A DNA stretch of 124,000 bases from Wallemia ichthyophaga EXF-994 (taxonomy: Eukaryota > Fungi > Basidiomycota): assembly GCF_000400465.1 (NCBI RefSeq), contig NW_008806276.1, forward strand, positions 20,001 through 144,000, in the 5' to 3' direction. Of this stretch, positions 100,672 to 114,038 are shown in pieces. The notes below the pieces were generated by a model. It was not told the origin of the DNA and made no database searches. It saw nothing but the letters and a program-made list of their open reading frames with translations. Both the position numbers and the translations under genes were made by a program. The first letter of the stretch is position 1. Every line of letters starts with the position of its first letter.

Positions 100672-102496
100672 CATTCCCCCTTCCACCATCGTCACACTCC
100701 CCGGCCTAAGCGCGTGCAGTGCCAACCTAGCTCCCACCTCTCCCACTGCCACCAAACACGCGATAACAATCAGCCATATGATTATTATCGTTATCCTGCT
100801 CATTCCCTGCTCATTGACGTGTTCGTGAATGACTGTTTGCTTAATTAGTTTCTGCGATATTCCCCTAATGCTTACTTACTGTCTAACAAATCTCCCGCAA
100901 CCGCTAACCGCTCATTCAGTGTCTGTACCCGCGCTCCTATTTCGAAATAATCCCTCCCCGCATCGTATAGCGCTTTGAGTCCAGCTTCTGACCAGAATAG
101001 CTCAGGTACATCGAGCACATTACTCACCAGATTAACATCCACACGCAATTTGAATAGCTTTCCTGTCAGTCGTATAGCCTGTCGACGATCGAGTGCTAAT
101101 GTCCCTGTCGCTGCCAGTTCCTTAGGTATAGTCGATGCACTATCTAGTACTCCCAGCGTCAATTCTTCAAACGCAGACAATTTCGTCGACTGCGCTAGAG
101201 CATGTGCCAATGACAGCTTCAAATAGTGCGAATTAGTCTTGAGAGTGAAGAAATCGTTCAATATCCTCGACGATGGTATGTTACTGTCTTGACCATAGTG
101301 ACATTGCTCCATCTCCCGACTATCTGGGTGCAGAGGTCGGACTACTACACCGGCATTCACCATGTCTTGCAATATATCCCGCTCTTGACTTTCTGTCATG
101401 TTGTAAAATACTGAAACTCCCTATCGCCCAGTTGTTAGCGTTGTTAGCTAACAGACTCACACTCCCAACTTACATAGTCAAAATGTATCACCTCCGCTAC
101501 CGTATCATTCACACTTTCCAGCTGCGTCTTCCATTTCCGTTTCGGTTTCGCTTTCTCTTTCTGAGTCTTTGTCTGTGTCTGCCTTCTCGACTCAGTGCTC
101601 TGCACATCGGCATCGTCGCGAGGTTCGTCCGTGTTGCTTTCTGGAATAGCTGCAACACTCGCACTACCATTCCCGCTCTCGTCCACACTGCCAGCAACGC
101701 CACCACCCTCGCGAATAAATCCATCGTCGTCAATCCTAGGGGGACTATTAGCGACGTCGTCGAAGGGGCGCTGGTGGCTATGATCCATCTCTGCTAGCTG
101801 GGGTAGCTCGTCTGCTTCCTCGTACATATCGATAATGCTGCCCCCGCCTGGGCTACGGGAGGGGTTGCTTGAACGAATACACGAAGCTGCGCTGTATCCT
101901 GGAAGCAAGGGACGATGGTAGACTGTGTAGATAGCCTCATCGTACTGCCTCGCCCATGCATTGTGCTCCCGCTTGCTGTATGCCGCTAGACTGCGCATCT
102001 TGTACCGCTCCCCCACGGCGTATGCGGTGAGACGATTGTGCGACGCTCGCTCTCGCTCCTCCTTCCCCATTCGCTCAGCCAGCCTGAACCGCGCCGACGT
102101 TCGCTCTTCTTCTTCTTCTTGTTGCTGTTCGTGCGCTGTGGGTGGGCGGTGCATGTGGCTGCCGGATGTACTCTCTCCCCTCTCACTCTCGTACGGCAAC
102201 GCTCGCGTCTGTATCTCCCCCGGCAGGAATACGTGTTTTTGGGATAGCTTCGACGTACGCACTGGGAGTGACTGCTTCGGAGGTCCTCGTGGAGGTGTGC
102301 CGCGCCCGATGAATCCATCTGATTGGTATTGGGAGTGGTGTGGTTGGTTTGTTAGAGATGCTGATGCTGATAATGCTGATTGCGGCTTGCGTAGATCGTA
102401 CGCTGTCCTCGCTATGCCTGGCAGCGGAACCTTAGCACGCCGCGCGTGTGTGTGCGCTGTGTGCGCTGTTTGCGTTGATTCGTTCGAGCTGCTCAT
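100672..102496 (-). CDS. RMD1: Rmd1/DUF155 family protein
   Basis: RLTAYAVGERY, YDEAIY, KLSLAHALAQSTKLSAFEE, LFKLRVDVNLVSNVLDVPELFWSE, YFEIGARVQTLNERL, C-terminal TM ITIIIIWLIVI. Confidence 0.87.
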
Positions 102497-102559
102497 GGAG
102501 GTAAAGGTACAAGAGAGATAGTGTATTTTACCATGAATTATAATCCATGCATTGTACAA

Positions 102560-103183
102560 TCAAAGATCCTTCTCGGCGCTGCTCCTGTACTCACTTCTAT
102601 CGCTATCGCTGACGTATTCGAAATCCTCACTGGATCTGGGGAAGTTTGTCAAGTCAGTATCGATAGCTGGAGTTGATTGAGTTGCACTAGTAGATTGAGG
102701 TATACCATTTGTACCACTGGCGCCTCTCAGCTGATCCCAGCGTGAGCTACCCGCGTTACTACCAATACCATGGCTACTACTGCCACCACTGTCACCACGA
102801 ACCGTCTCCACACTCCCGCCGCCAGCCATCCTCTGCGCCCGCTTTACATCGCTCTCCCTGCTGATTCTCGCCAGCGTCTGGAGAACGACGCGTGGATCTC
102901 TGCCTTCTTGATTGAAATGACTGGCGAAACTCATCGCACCGACGTACTGGCCGAGGAAAGTGCCACTCACTCCACCCGCAAATGCCGGTAACGCCCATCT
103001 GCGCTGGTACCGCCTAGCCAGGTAGAAGAGCGAGCCCGCACCAGCCACAGCGCCGAATCCAACGTATCTGAGAGTTGTCTGGAGTGAGTTGTTGAGCATA
103101 TCCAGACTGTGTGTTGTGTGAGGTGTGAGATTTGTGCAAGCGTCGAGCATTCGCTGGCTGCTCGGCTGCTCCCACCCACTCAT
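102560..103183 (-). CDS. Hypothetical two-TM protein
   Basis: 207-aa ORF with two Gly/Ala-rich helices and an SRWDQLR motif. Confidence 0.55.
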   Translation of the reverse strand: MSGWEQPSSQRMLDACTNLTPHTTHSLDMLNNSLQTTLRYVGFGAVAGAGSLFYLARRYQRRWALPAFAGGVSGTFLGQYVGAMSFASHFNQEGRDPRVVLQTLARISRESDVKRAQRMAGGGSVETVRGDSGGSSSHGIGSNAGSSRWDQLRGASGTNGIPQSTSATQSTPAIDTDLTNFPRSSEDFEYVSDSDRSEYRSSAEKDL

Positions 103184-103256
103184 TCGCCTTGAGCTCCCCT
103201 TTGCTTATGTACTCCTCTACTAGCTCCCTATCTAGCCTTGTTCTCCGTTAGCTTGG

Positions 103257-103574
103257 CTAATTTCCTTTCTCGTCCACCCACTGTATCACTTTCGGCATTT
103301 TTATCTTGAATGACGTCGCGAACAAAGCAGGAAACTGTCGAATCGTCGACCAACTTGTTAAAATTTGGGATAAAATTAAGTCGATTGGGGCTGGATCCTT
103401 AGCTTTTGCCTGTAGATTCTTGCTCATTATACCCACTCTCCATTGTCTGCTCGACCATTTTGAACATTGAAACACCGAATTAGCTTGAAAGACACAGTAC
103501 AATTTGTATAATTTAGCAGCACCATTATAATCATAGATTCTCAAGCAATCCAACTCTACCTTTATGTCAGCCAT
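103257..103574 (-). CDS. Hypothetical protein
   Basis: ATG-initiated 105-aa ORF only. Confidence 0.3.
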   Translation of the reverse strand: MADIKVELDCLRIYDYNGAAKLYKLYCVFQANSVFQCSKWSSRQWRVGIMSKNLQAKAKDPAPIDLILSQILTSWSTIRQFPALFATSFKIKMPKVIQWVDEKGN

Positions 103575-103867
103575 CCACCCAATTTCCAGACTTCAACTTG
103601 CACTTAGCAGTTATCAGGATTCTTGCCTTTTATCATCTTCAAATAAAAAGGCTTGATAAATTGCCCTGATCCGTATTTTTAAGACTATACTAAAATTAGT
103701 CCTCTTCGGTAGCAATTTCGCCCTGTATTCTCCTTTGCCGTTTATATCCGGCATCACTATAGAGCACCCACGTGAGCAGATAACCAAGAGAGAGAGATAC
103801 ACGCTCTCATTTAATGTATCATATACATTTCAACATACATGCCATTCCATATTTCTAATTCTAATTT

Positions 103868-104659
103868 CTAATCCAGTGCAAGATGTTCAAAAGCCTTGCC
103901 GAGTTTGTGTTGCAAGTCTAAAGCCGGTGTATTTTTCGCCTTCTCTTCCTGCTCCTCTTTAACTTGCTCGCCCTCCTCATCGCCTTCCAACATGAAAACG
104001 TCTGCACCAGCATCAACGAGTGCGTCTCTGAGGGTGTGCGGCATGACCTCATACTCATCAGGATAAGCGTTGAGGGTAGCGATAGGATCCAACAGCACCA
104101 CTGCGAGTTTTTTGTGTGGGTATTTCTCGCTGAAATGGCTGCATACTCTACTGGCAAAATTTTCAACAGCAACTGCATCCAAATCCTCCTGCTCATCGCA
104201 CAGCTTCTGCAAGTCTTCCTTCTCCTCGAGCTCCATAGCGAGTATATCGCTCACCTCGATCAGTTTCTCGTTGTATCTCACGAATGTCTTCTCGTCTTGG
104301 CTGTCTCTGTCTGCGTACATATCGATCAGCTCGTCGTGCGCTTTGCGAGCGGTACCACTGAGATGTGAGCGGAATTGTTGAGTGAATTGCTCAAAATGCA
104401 CTGCGTTCCTAAGGTCGGTGAGGGTGAACACTAGCTTGTCATGAACAGCTTCTCCAGTCACACCTACGTCTACCACCAACATCTTCTCTTCTTCGTCAAT
104501 ATGCGCTAGTAGAAACACATGCGTTGCCACCTCTTCTTCACTAAGCGACGAAAGCGGCTTGATCGAGTCACCCAAGTTGAGATCACTGAGGTTGCTGATA
104601 TCGCTCAGGTCGCTCAATTCCGAGGTACTTGAGGTGTTTTCGACGTCTTGTTTTGTCAT
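103868..104659 (-). CDS. Hypothetical acidic protein
   Basis: Long E/D-rich ORF from MTKQDVEN with coding-like composition. Confidence 0.6.
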   Translation of the reverse strand: MTKQDVENTSSTSELSDLSDISNLSDLNLGDSIKPLSSLSEEEVATHVFLLAHIDEEEKMLVVDVGVTGEAVHDKLVFTLTDLRNAVHFEQFTQQFRSHLSGTARKAHDELIDMYADRDSQDEKTFVRYNEKLIEVSDILAMELEEKEDLQKLCDEQEDLDAVAVENFASRVCSHFSEKYPHKKLAVVLLDPIATLNAYPDEYEVMPHTLRDALVDAGADVFMLEGDEEGEQVKEEQEEKAKNTPALDLQHKLGKAFEHLALD

Positions 104660-105500
104660 TGCGTGGTACAGCGAGAGAAGGCGAGAAGAGTGATTCGCGC
104701 ACAGATAAGGGACAGATGAACAGATGAGCTGATGCACAGACGCGCAGTTGCACAGCTAAAGAATACGCCTAACGCACACTGCATAAGTAGAGCGTGCCGT
104801 ACGTGCCGTGTGTCAAAGTAAATTGGAGTTACAATTATAGTAACATATTACATGTACATTCAAGTATGCATTACATTTCACACTACACGCACCCAGTAGA
104901 AAACGCAAGGCAACACCCATCATCACACCCGCCGCTCCGAACGAAATAAGCAACGAATGGCTCTGGATCGCTGAGCTGCTTCGTCTACCTAATCCTACGC
105001 TCAGCCGCTTCCTTCTTCTCCCTATCCCCCTCTACTGTATTACGCGCTTTTTCCTGCTTGGTTTCTCTTACCTGCCTCTTGAAGTTGTTGAGGATATCGT
105101 TGGGTGTCTATGGAGATTGGTGTGTGGGGAGTATCTTCAGTGCCATAGTTGAGAATTTTGTCGTCTACCACTTCTATCCTATCGCGACAGTCAATCATCG
105201 CCTAGAAATCGCCAGCTCGCTGCCAACTTACTTCAGTGGATGATGGTCTAGAAAGTAGCAAGGTCATTGGAATGTGTGTGGTGTGCAGAAGAGCGTATTT
105301 CAGGGATCTATCTCCACTATCTGCGTAAAGTGGGCGTTTATACCACTTCTAGCTGAATATTTTCACTTAAAGCTCATAAAACACGCTACGCATCACCGAA
105401 GCACCAACCATACACTCCCTGCAACGCACGCACTCTACCTACAAACCATTCACTCACAATCACCTCTCGATCCTCCTTCAAATAGTCACACATCACGCCC

Positions 105501-105767
105501 ATGTCCATGCCAGCGAAAGAGGAAATAAACGCGCCAACGCCAGGAGACATAAACCAAGTGCGAGAATGGCTGACAGAGCACAATTACACCACAGATCCAA
105601 TGCAAGCGGTGCAGGAATTGAAGGAGCTAGTAAACGCACACGCCAGGCAGACGAGTGAGGGACTGGAAGTGGAGGAAGGGTATTCGGAGGCTTTCACCAA
105701 GCTCAGCGCGCTCATCAATAGCTTCAGATTCGCTTTAGCGGAGGAACAGCGCAGACAAGAGCAGTAA
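105501..105767 (+). CDS. Hypothetical small helical protein (88 aa)
   Basis: ATG-initiated ORF with coding-like composition. Confidence 0.5.
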   Translation: MSMPAKEEINAPTPGDINQVREWLTEHNYTTDPMQAVQELKELVNAHARQTSEGLEVEEGYSEAFTKLSALINSFRFALAEEQRRQEQ

Positions 105768-106111
105768 AGGTATATCTTCAATTGTAATCATGTATAAATC
105801 GTTAAATAGCCATTGATAGACCATCTCTAGCCCACCATTGGCTGTCTGCGTTGCCACCACTCCACCTCCTCAGTACCACTCCAATCTCACCAGGGAAAAG
105901 AGAAATAATGATAAAAATAAGCTAGGAATACAACTGAGCCTACAAACACCCTTCACACACCCTCCCATACTCTCCACGGTTTAAAATCAGATTTTCATTT
106001 CAATCGCATCTCAGCAGAATTGCTCGCCTTCTTCCCCCAGCGACCTTCAGCAAGTAAAGTGAGGAAATTGAATAAAACAACGAAACCAAGCTCACAGAAT
106101 ATTTAACCAGG

Positions 106112-106734
106112 ATGCCTCACTCATTTGGTCTCCGCGCTCGTACCCGTCACTGTGAGTATGGCTTACAAGTTTTATTAAATGGCTGATGGAATGAGCAAGT
106201 GTTCTCCCGTAACTTCAAGGGTGTGTGAGGTGTACCCAACTCGCTGCATAGTCTAACGTCCCTCAGAGCACGGTCCAATCCACCTTAAAACCTACCTCAC
106301 TCCATACAAGGTTGGTGACATTGTAGACATCAAGGCTAACCCAGGTGAGCAACGCGGTATGCCACACAAGTTCTACCACGGGTGAGTTTTCATTCAAGCC
106401 CAAGAAGGCGCCACTCATTCCTCCATACAGTCGCACCGGTATCGTATTCAACGTCGCTCCACGTGCCGTTGGTGTCATCGTCTACAAGATTATCCGCTCC
106501 CGCTACATCGAGAAGCGTGTCAACTTGCGTATTGAGCACGTCAAGCACTCCAAGTGTCGTGAGGAGTTCTTGAGACGCGTTAAGAGCAACAGACAAGCTC
106601 TCTCTGAGGCTAAGCAAAAGGGCGAGCGTGTCAACCTTAAGCGTTCACCAAAGCAACCACGTGAAGGTCAAATGCTCAAGTCAAAGACTACTCCAGAGAC
106701 CATCGCTCCTATCGCTTACGATACTTACATTTAA
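106112..106734 (+). CDS. RPL21: 60S ribosomal protein eL21
   Basis: [13 protein letters not shown] / LFSRNFK (micro-exon) / [28 protein letters not shown] / [19 protein letters not shown]. Confidence 0.96.
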
Positions 106735-106861
106735 ACTCGAAGAGTCTTTGTATTTGGCACTATTCATTCAAAACACTTGCTTAAAAATTCTTGTGAAATT
106801 GTCTCAAACCAAGTATTCATTCGAATTTCTGATATTAGAATACCCAGCCTTAGAAATTGTC

Positions 106862-106921
106862 TGCACACATACTGCTGATAAGCCTTTTGAATGCCCTCAC
106901 CCGAGCTGCGATAAACGTTTC
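106862..106921 (+). pseudogene. Isolated C2H2 zinc-finger fragment
   Basis: HTADKPFECPHPSCDKRF followed by a GTAGGA donor-like site. No complete gene could be assembled. Confidence 0.4.
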
Positions 106922-108013
106922 GTAGGAAAATAAATGTCTCAAAAAATATTCATTCATTTGAATTCTTGTTATATAAAGTTGATAAGGGTAATTGAATCAA
107001 TGAAATTGTATCATATGTTGAAATCCGCTGCATTCATTCAAACGTCTTAATAGACTGGTTGTCTTCCGATTCCAAAGAAGTTTTCCTCTGAGTTCTAAGT
107101 GGTGTCAGTGTGTGCTAAGCGCGCTCGGTGTGCCGGCTGTGTATTTCAAACACTCACAACTGGTACAGCGGTTACTGCTGCGAATGCTGCTGCTAAAGCT
107201 ACTAATTTGATTTGCATATTTCAATTTAACTGTCGTCGTTCGTCTACAAGATGTGAGCCGAGCGAGCAGTTATAAGTGATCCGACACTTGAATGCAGTTA
107301 CAAATAAAATTAATATTCTGGAACGTATTCGATAGCAAGGCACATGAGACTGTACAGATTCACGCATTCTCCATTCACTCTCACTCCCCTCGCCTTACGA
107401 ATGAGTTAACGCGTTCCTGTCCCTGGAATGTCCAATGAGGACTAATTGAAGTGGGGCACGTAAAAAAGTGTCATTTTAAGCGTATTGAGCAATATTATAT
107501 ACGCGTTTATTGTGGTTGTTGGGATTTTCTGCGTGTATGCAGCTATCTACATAGCGCATACGGTGAGCAAATAGGAGGAGCGATTATCGCGCGCTAATCA
107601 AATAGCCTTTCAGTATCTCTCTTTTATTTCTTAGGGCGCATATCACACTCGCACTCGTGATATCACTGTCGGCGAAATGAAATGTAATCAATTAATAACG
107701 CTGGAGCTGTCATATACAGCGTGACTTACGCTAGGTCTATCATCTTGGAATTTGTTTGGCTTGTGGAGATTACTTAGATGAGGGAATTATGTGCACTACT
107801 CTCTGTGCCTTCTTTGGAATTAATTACGGGTAAATTTTGATCCAATTGATCCATTCTAAACCTAGTTGGCACGCCAAACATGGCTATACATTCTTAGTAT
107901 TTCAAATTGGCTGTCTAAAAACAGTACAGAATGCATATTGCATTTAACGCGTTGGTAAAATCCACGTGATTTATGTCACTTTGAATAATTCGAGCCGTTG
108001 TCTATGTCTGGGA

Positions 108014-108565
108014 ATGTCTACAGTTTCCAACGATAAAGAGCATATAAGCCCAAGTCCAAGCCATACAGACAATAAGACTTTACCGGTAGTCCGTATAACC
108101 GGTAACGTGGGGTGCTGTACATTAACCCGGGTACGCTGCACACGGTAAATTATAATCTATACTCTAGCTGATGATGTGCCAACCACTGTGGCCACCTATA
108201 CCACAACACGTAGCACCTCCATCTCCTCTAATTCTCTCTCTCACATGATCTTGCAAAGCCTGCAGAGCAGAGCGGATGGACTATACCAGAAAGCGCACCA
108301 AACAATCCACCCACTGCACCTCTGTTTGGCTATTTTCAGCTGCTTACTTACGCTCATAGGAGTTTGCAGTTTGGTAGCGTGAGCAAATACAAAAACGCAC
108401 GCACACAGCTAAAGTCGTCTAATCAGTGATAAAGAGGACCTGCCAATAGGTCCACACTCATACAAGGCTGGGATCGTTGCACTCGTCGCTGCCGTCTTTC
108501 TTTGGTTCGGAAATAGTTATTTGGTTTATAATCATTACATTAGCAAGTTAAGAAGGGGTGTGTAG
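108014..108565 (+). CDS. Small two-TM protein, three exons
   Basis: Introns 108102-108167 and 108379-108426 keep the frame. TMs LCLAIFSCLLTLIGVCSLVA and GIVALVAAVFLWFGNSYLVY. Confidence 0.65.
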
Positions 108566-109638
108566 GTAAACCAGCTACTTCGATACCTCCAAAGCCTTTC
108601 TACGTCTCATTGATGTATTTTTTCATCCTCAAATTTTCTTCTAAACTAATCAAATCCCTTTTCTCGTCGTGGCTTTTCTGCATTTTGTTCGAATATTCTG
108701 AGCATTTGGCTGTGATTTAAATCTCCAATCCCACCTCAGATAATCCACAGGCGTTACAGCAGTTTAACTTGCCGTTCAGCCTCGATCTGTGCCAGTCTGT
108801 GAAGCGAGTCGCGTTTGAGACAGTCTCACCTGTACAAGTCTCACTCACAAGGCGTATATGAAATTTTACAGTTATAGCAAAATCTTTTAAATTTCTTCCT
108901 ATTTGCTGACTCGAGACACTCCTGGCGTATATACTTCTCATTCAAATTCTCCTCGAAAGGTCTCCTGGTTACCCCCCTCCCACTGAAATAGGCAATTACT
109001 GTCTGTTTGTGTAAGTGTGTATGTATGCTAGTTTCAGCATCGTCTGAAATTCTGTGTTTAAGATCGACCTGTCTTGCTCACCAGCCAGACAGAAGCGCGT
109101 TATGAGGTATGGAACAACAGGGTCTTTTCTCATTGCTTGAAGCTGGTAATTTATAGTTGCAACTCATCTTACAAATATTCCTCCTTAAGTATGCAGCTTT
109201 GATTGATTTCTTGGAATGTGGTGAATTCATCCGTGGCCGCGGGGGTCTTTAATAAATGTGAAGAAGCCACGCTGCTAAATGAAACATACCTATGTGTAAA
109301 ACCGTAACTCCCTTCTCCAACATACATCCCACTTGGCTTTGTTCTGAGTAGGCAAAATTTCACGGTAATAAGAAGTCTCAGTGAGAAGAAAGATAGCGAG
109401 AGTGTAAGGAGGGGTTGTAATGAAAACACACGACAGTAAGATACAAATCTCAACTTTCGTAACCTTTTCGAGAAGCTTCCAAGACTTCAAGACTTCAAGC
109501 CTTCAAAATGAGTTCTGCGTGAGACTTGTGTTTGAAATTCAATGAAACCTTGGCAAAAATATCCAGAAGATTCCAGTGTATCATATACATCGTGGTACAT
109601 CAATCCCACGACACACACCTCTACTACCAACTTCCATC

Positions 109639-111410
109639 ATGTCCGCAGACGAATTGAAAGCCCAAGGAAACGCAGCGTTTAGCGCAAAAGACTTCACGAA
109701 AGCTGTAGACCTCTTCACGCAAGCCATCGCTCAAGACGCCAACAATCACGTCCTCTACTCAAACAGGTCGGCTTCTTACGCAGGTCTTAAGCAATACCAG
109801 AAGGCGCTAGACGATGCCAGCACCACAATAAGCAAGAAGTCTGATTGGCCAAAAGGTTACGCTAGAAAGGGCGCTGCGCTGCATGGATTGCAGCAGTACA
109901 TGGAATCAGTTGAGGCTTATGAGCAGGGTTTGAAAGCAGCTCCGACAGATTCTGGCTTGCAGAAGGGTTTGGCTGACGTCAAGGCTGCTGCTCAATCCGA
110001 CGACGACGGTCCAGGCAGAATCGCTGAAATGTTTAAAGATCCTAACCTCATTGGAAAATTGGCACAAAACCCTAAAGTTGCCCCAATGCTCGCTGATCCT
110101 GCGTTCATTGCTAAACTCAAGGCTATCCAATCGGGTGGTCAACCTTCACCAGACATATTCCAAGATCCACGCATGATACAGGTTATGGGCGCTTTGATGG
110201 GTGTCGATTTACAAGCATTTGAACGTCCAGAGGGTAGTGATCAACTTCCTGAAAACCTCCAGAAGGCAGACCCACCTAAGCCAGCAGCAGCCCCAGCTCC
110301 TTCTCCCTCACCCGCACCAGAGGCAAAGATGCAAGAAGCAACTCAACCAGCTGAGTCTTCTACTTCTGACGAAAAGAAGGAGGCTCTCAAAGCCAAACAA
110401 CAAGGTAATGAGCTCTACAAAGCCCGCAAGTTCGATGAAGCCATTCAAGCATACGAGAAGGCTTGGGAACTCGACAACTCGGACATCTCATACCTCACTA
110501 ACCTTTCAGCTGTTTTCTTCGAGAAGGGAGATCTTGAAAAGTGCCTAGAAGTTTGTGAAAAGGCTGTGGAAGAGGGTAGATCGATGCGAGCTGACTACAA
110601 GCTCGTCGCGAAGGCTCTCGGTCGTATCGGTAGTGTGTACTACAAGAAGAAGGATCTTGACGCGGCTGTGAACTACTTTAATAAGTCGCTCACAGAACAT
110701 CGCTCAGCTGATGTGCTCAACAAGCTCAGAGCCACTGAGAAGGAGAAGAAGGATGCCGAAGTGGAGGCATACATCAACCCAGAATTATCAGAAAAGTCGC
110801 GCGACGAAGGGAACGTAGCTTTCAAGGTGAGTCTAGATCACAATAGTGCCATCACATCACTAACAATCTTACTCAGCGTGGAGATTTTGCAGAGTCCGTC
110901 AAACTCTACTCCGAGGCAATAAAGAGACTGCCAGACAACGCGCGTGCATACACAAACAGAGCAACTGCGTACAACAAATTAGCTGCCCTTCCTGAAGCCC
111001 TCAAGGATGCCAACAAAGCTATAGACATCGACCCATCGTTCGTCAGAGCGCATATTCGCAAAGCTATGGTGTTGTTCGGCATGAGAGACTACACGCAAGC
111101 AGCAGCAGCGCTCGACAAGGCCACTGCAAATGATAAGGAGGGATCAAACGGCAAAGAGATCAGAGATTGGTCAGCCAAGATAAACTCAGCACTGTATAGC
111201 CAGCGTAGTGAGGAGTCAGATGAACAGACACTCGAGCGAGCAATGAGGGATCCAGAAGTGGCTGCTATCATGGGTGACCCAGTTATGCAGTCTATTTTGC
111301 AACAGTCACAAACTGATCCAGCTGTGCTGCAACACCATATGAAGTCATCGTCTGCTATTCAAGAAAAGGTGATGAAGTTGATCAACGCTGGTATTATAAA
111401 GACACGTTAA
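109639..111410 (+). CDS. STI1: Hsp70/Hsp90 co-chaperone Sti1/Hop
   Basis: LKAQGNAAF..LYSNRSA..KGYARKGAA, DP domains, YTNRATAY, AMRDPEVAAIMGDPVMQSILQQ. Confidence 0.96.
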
Positions 111411-111471
111411 AGTTTTACCTGTGTACTGTATGTGCATTGCTACAAATTGATTTTCTTATTTCGGCACTCCG

Positions 111472-112807
111472 ATGACTGAAAAAAGCGTGCTTATCGTTGG
111501 TGCTGGAGTGTTTGGGCTAAGCACAGCGTACGAGCTGTTGCAAGATGGATACAAAGTCACAATCGTTGAGCAGTCAGACCAAATTCCTTCTGAGAGCTCC
111601 AGTTCAACGGTATGTACGCCGAAGACCATCCCAGCCACGTTAAATACTCGCACAGGACATTTCCAAGATTGTCCGCGCAGACTACAGCTCAGCCGTCTAC
111701 TCAAAGCTCGCAGCAGAATCGATAGCGGATCTTGAGAAGAACTGGACAGAGGCTGGCTTCTTCCATCAGTGCGGGATGGTTGTTCTAGGGGAAAGTGACT
111801 ACGCTAAGGCGTCTTACAAGCATGTGAAATCTATGTATCCTGAGCAGGTGCGTTTGCTCGACCAATCTTCCATACAAGACGTCCTGCCGAAGAATGTTCC
111901 ACTGAATAGCCTCACGCGCACAGCATATCAAAACAAAGCAAGCGGATGGATCGAGTCTGGGAGAGCTACAGCCGAATTGGCCAGACGCTGTGAGGAAATG
112001 GGTGCGACACTCATCCCTAATTTCACCGTTGGCCGTGTTATTTGGAGTGGTGACAATGACAGAGTTGTAGGCGTAGAGAGTGCTTCCGGAGAGGTACTTG
112101 ATGCTGCTCTTACCATTATCGCGTCAGGCGCGTGGTCCACTCTGCTCGACGACCAGATCAACAAGATGCTCCTCGCGTCTGCGCAGTCTGTGGCCATGAT
112201 TAAGCTCACTGAAGAGCAACACGAGCGATACAAAGACTCCCCTATCGTCATCAACCTCAATACCGGGATTTATATGTTTCCCCCCACTTCCACGCGCTAT
112301 TTCAAGGTATCCAAGCATCACGCAGGGTACATCAGTAGAGAGCGCAATGCACCAGTCTCGATAGATACCAAACGCGAGCAACTAGGTGAAGACGAGCCTC
112401 CACTGTCCATCTCCAAAATACCTAGCGTGATGTACGACGAGCTCCGAAATGGTTTGAAAGAGGTTTATCCGGAGATAGCTAATGACTCGTCGCTGGAGTG
112501 GAAAACGAGGATGTGTTGGTACTGCGATGCTCAGAACGGCGATTATATTATAGATTACCACCCCCTTTCCAACAAGTCGCTCCTGTTCGCCACTGGCGGC
112601 AGCGGACATGCCTACAAAATGTACACTGTTCTCGGCAAACTCGTCAAGCAACGTATGGACGGTACACTGGATGCGGAGATGAGCGACATGTTTAGTATAC
112701 AGCGCGATACAGAGCAGGTGCCTGTCGTCGATAAAAGCAGATTGGACACAGTCAGGCGCGATTTTTCGGTCGCGTTCATGGCTGAAGGCCAGCAGCAGCC
112801 CAAATAG
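111472..112807 (+). CDS. FAD-dependent oxidoreductase, sarcosine/fructosyl-amine/pipecolate oxidase family
   Basis: IVGAGVFGLSTA, DISKIVRADY, TRMCWYCDAQNGDYIIDYHP, ATGGSGHAYK. Confidence 0.9.
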
Positions 112808-112965
112808 GCATGAAAATTTTGTACTGCTATTTGGTACGACGAAATTTCGCTAAGTCTCAAGATATAAAATGAGAACCACTACCAGGTGGATATAGAATAA
112901 TTAGACTATAATTTGTTGAAAATAAGTGTATGCTTTCATGCTACACCACATTGCATCCTGACATC

Positions 112966-114020
112966 ATGCAAGATAAGACTGCAATCGTGTTTGTGCATGG
113001 GTGAGTGGGATGCTCCCTTCTAACAAGCACTCAATCACACCGAACAGCTTTAAAGGCGGCGTGGATACATTCGGAAGTCTACCGCAAGATATGGAGTGTT
113101 GGCTGGGCATGCAAACCGAGCTAGACAAATACACCTCAACAGTGTATCCTGCGTGGAAGACGTCTGGGAAGTTGGTGGGTTGATGGACGAGGTACTCAAA
113201 TACAATAACCCCAACACACTTGCAGGAAATCGCAGTAGACAATCTGCAAGCCTGGATGGCAGAGCAACAACTGCAAAACCAGTACACGGCCTTCGTACTA
113301 GTCGCGCATTCAATGGGTGGACTTCTCGCCTGCGACGTGTACCTCAAGTCCCTCCGAGAAGGAAACAGACTGAACATAAAGGCTGTTCTCAATCTCGACT
113401 GTCCCATGATTGGCTTACACCCACATGTATTCGCTAATACTACGAACGACTATTACAACAAGTTTAACAAAGTCAAAGATGTCGCAAGTGGCGCATCGGT
113501 GCTGATACCTTTTGTCGGTGCATTGTGGGGCGCGAATAAGTCTGATAAAAGCGGTGCCGAACAGAGAGATGAGCGAGAGAAAAAGGTTAAAGACAAGGAA
113601 CACAATGTACAACCTAACACAAACTACCTCAAACCGGCAGGCGCAGCTATAGCAGCTATATCTGCAGTAGGCGCAGGTGCTTACTTTGGGAGAGATAAGA
113701 TATTAGAGGCGTATCGAGCAGCAGCAGGTCTGACTACCGATCACTTGCTCTTTTTGTCAAACTTGTGGAACACGCGCAGCCTCAAAGAGCGCCTGGATAG
113801 CATGTCTAATGCACCTGTGGTATTCAAAAACTACTATACCCACCTTCCACATCTCAATGATAGGACTTTTTGTCTCATACCTGCTAAGCACAGCAGTTTC
113901 ATCAAGACTTCAAACTCCCTCGCCAACGATGAGATTAGCGCACATATTAACATGTTCAACGCTTCTTCTAACAGCAGCTACCATCAACTTCTCAAGCATC
114001 TTGTCGAGGATGCACTCTAA
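112966..114020 (+). CDS. DUF676-like serine esterase/lipase
   Basis: Spliced IVFVHGFKGG..TF, VYPAWKT, LVAHSMGGLL, LDCPMIGLHP, RTFCLIP, DEISAHINMF. Confidence 0.82.
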
Positions 114021-114038
114021 CAAATATTTTACAACAAT

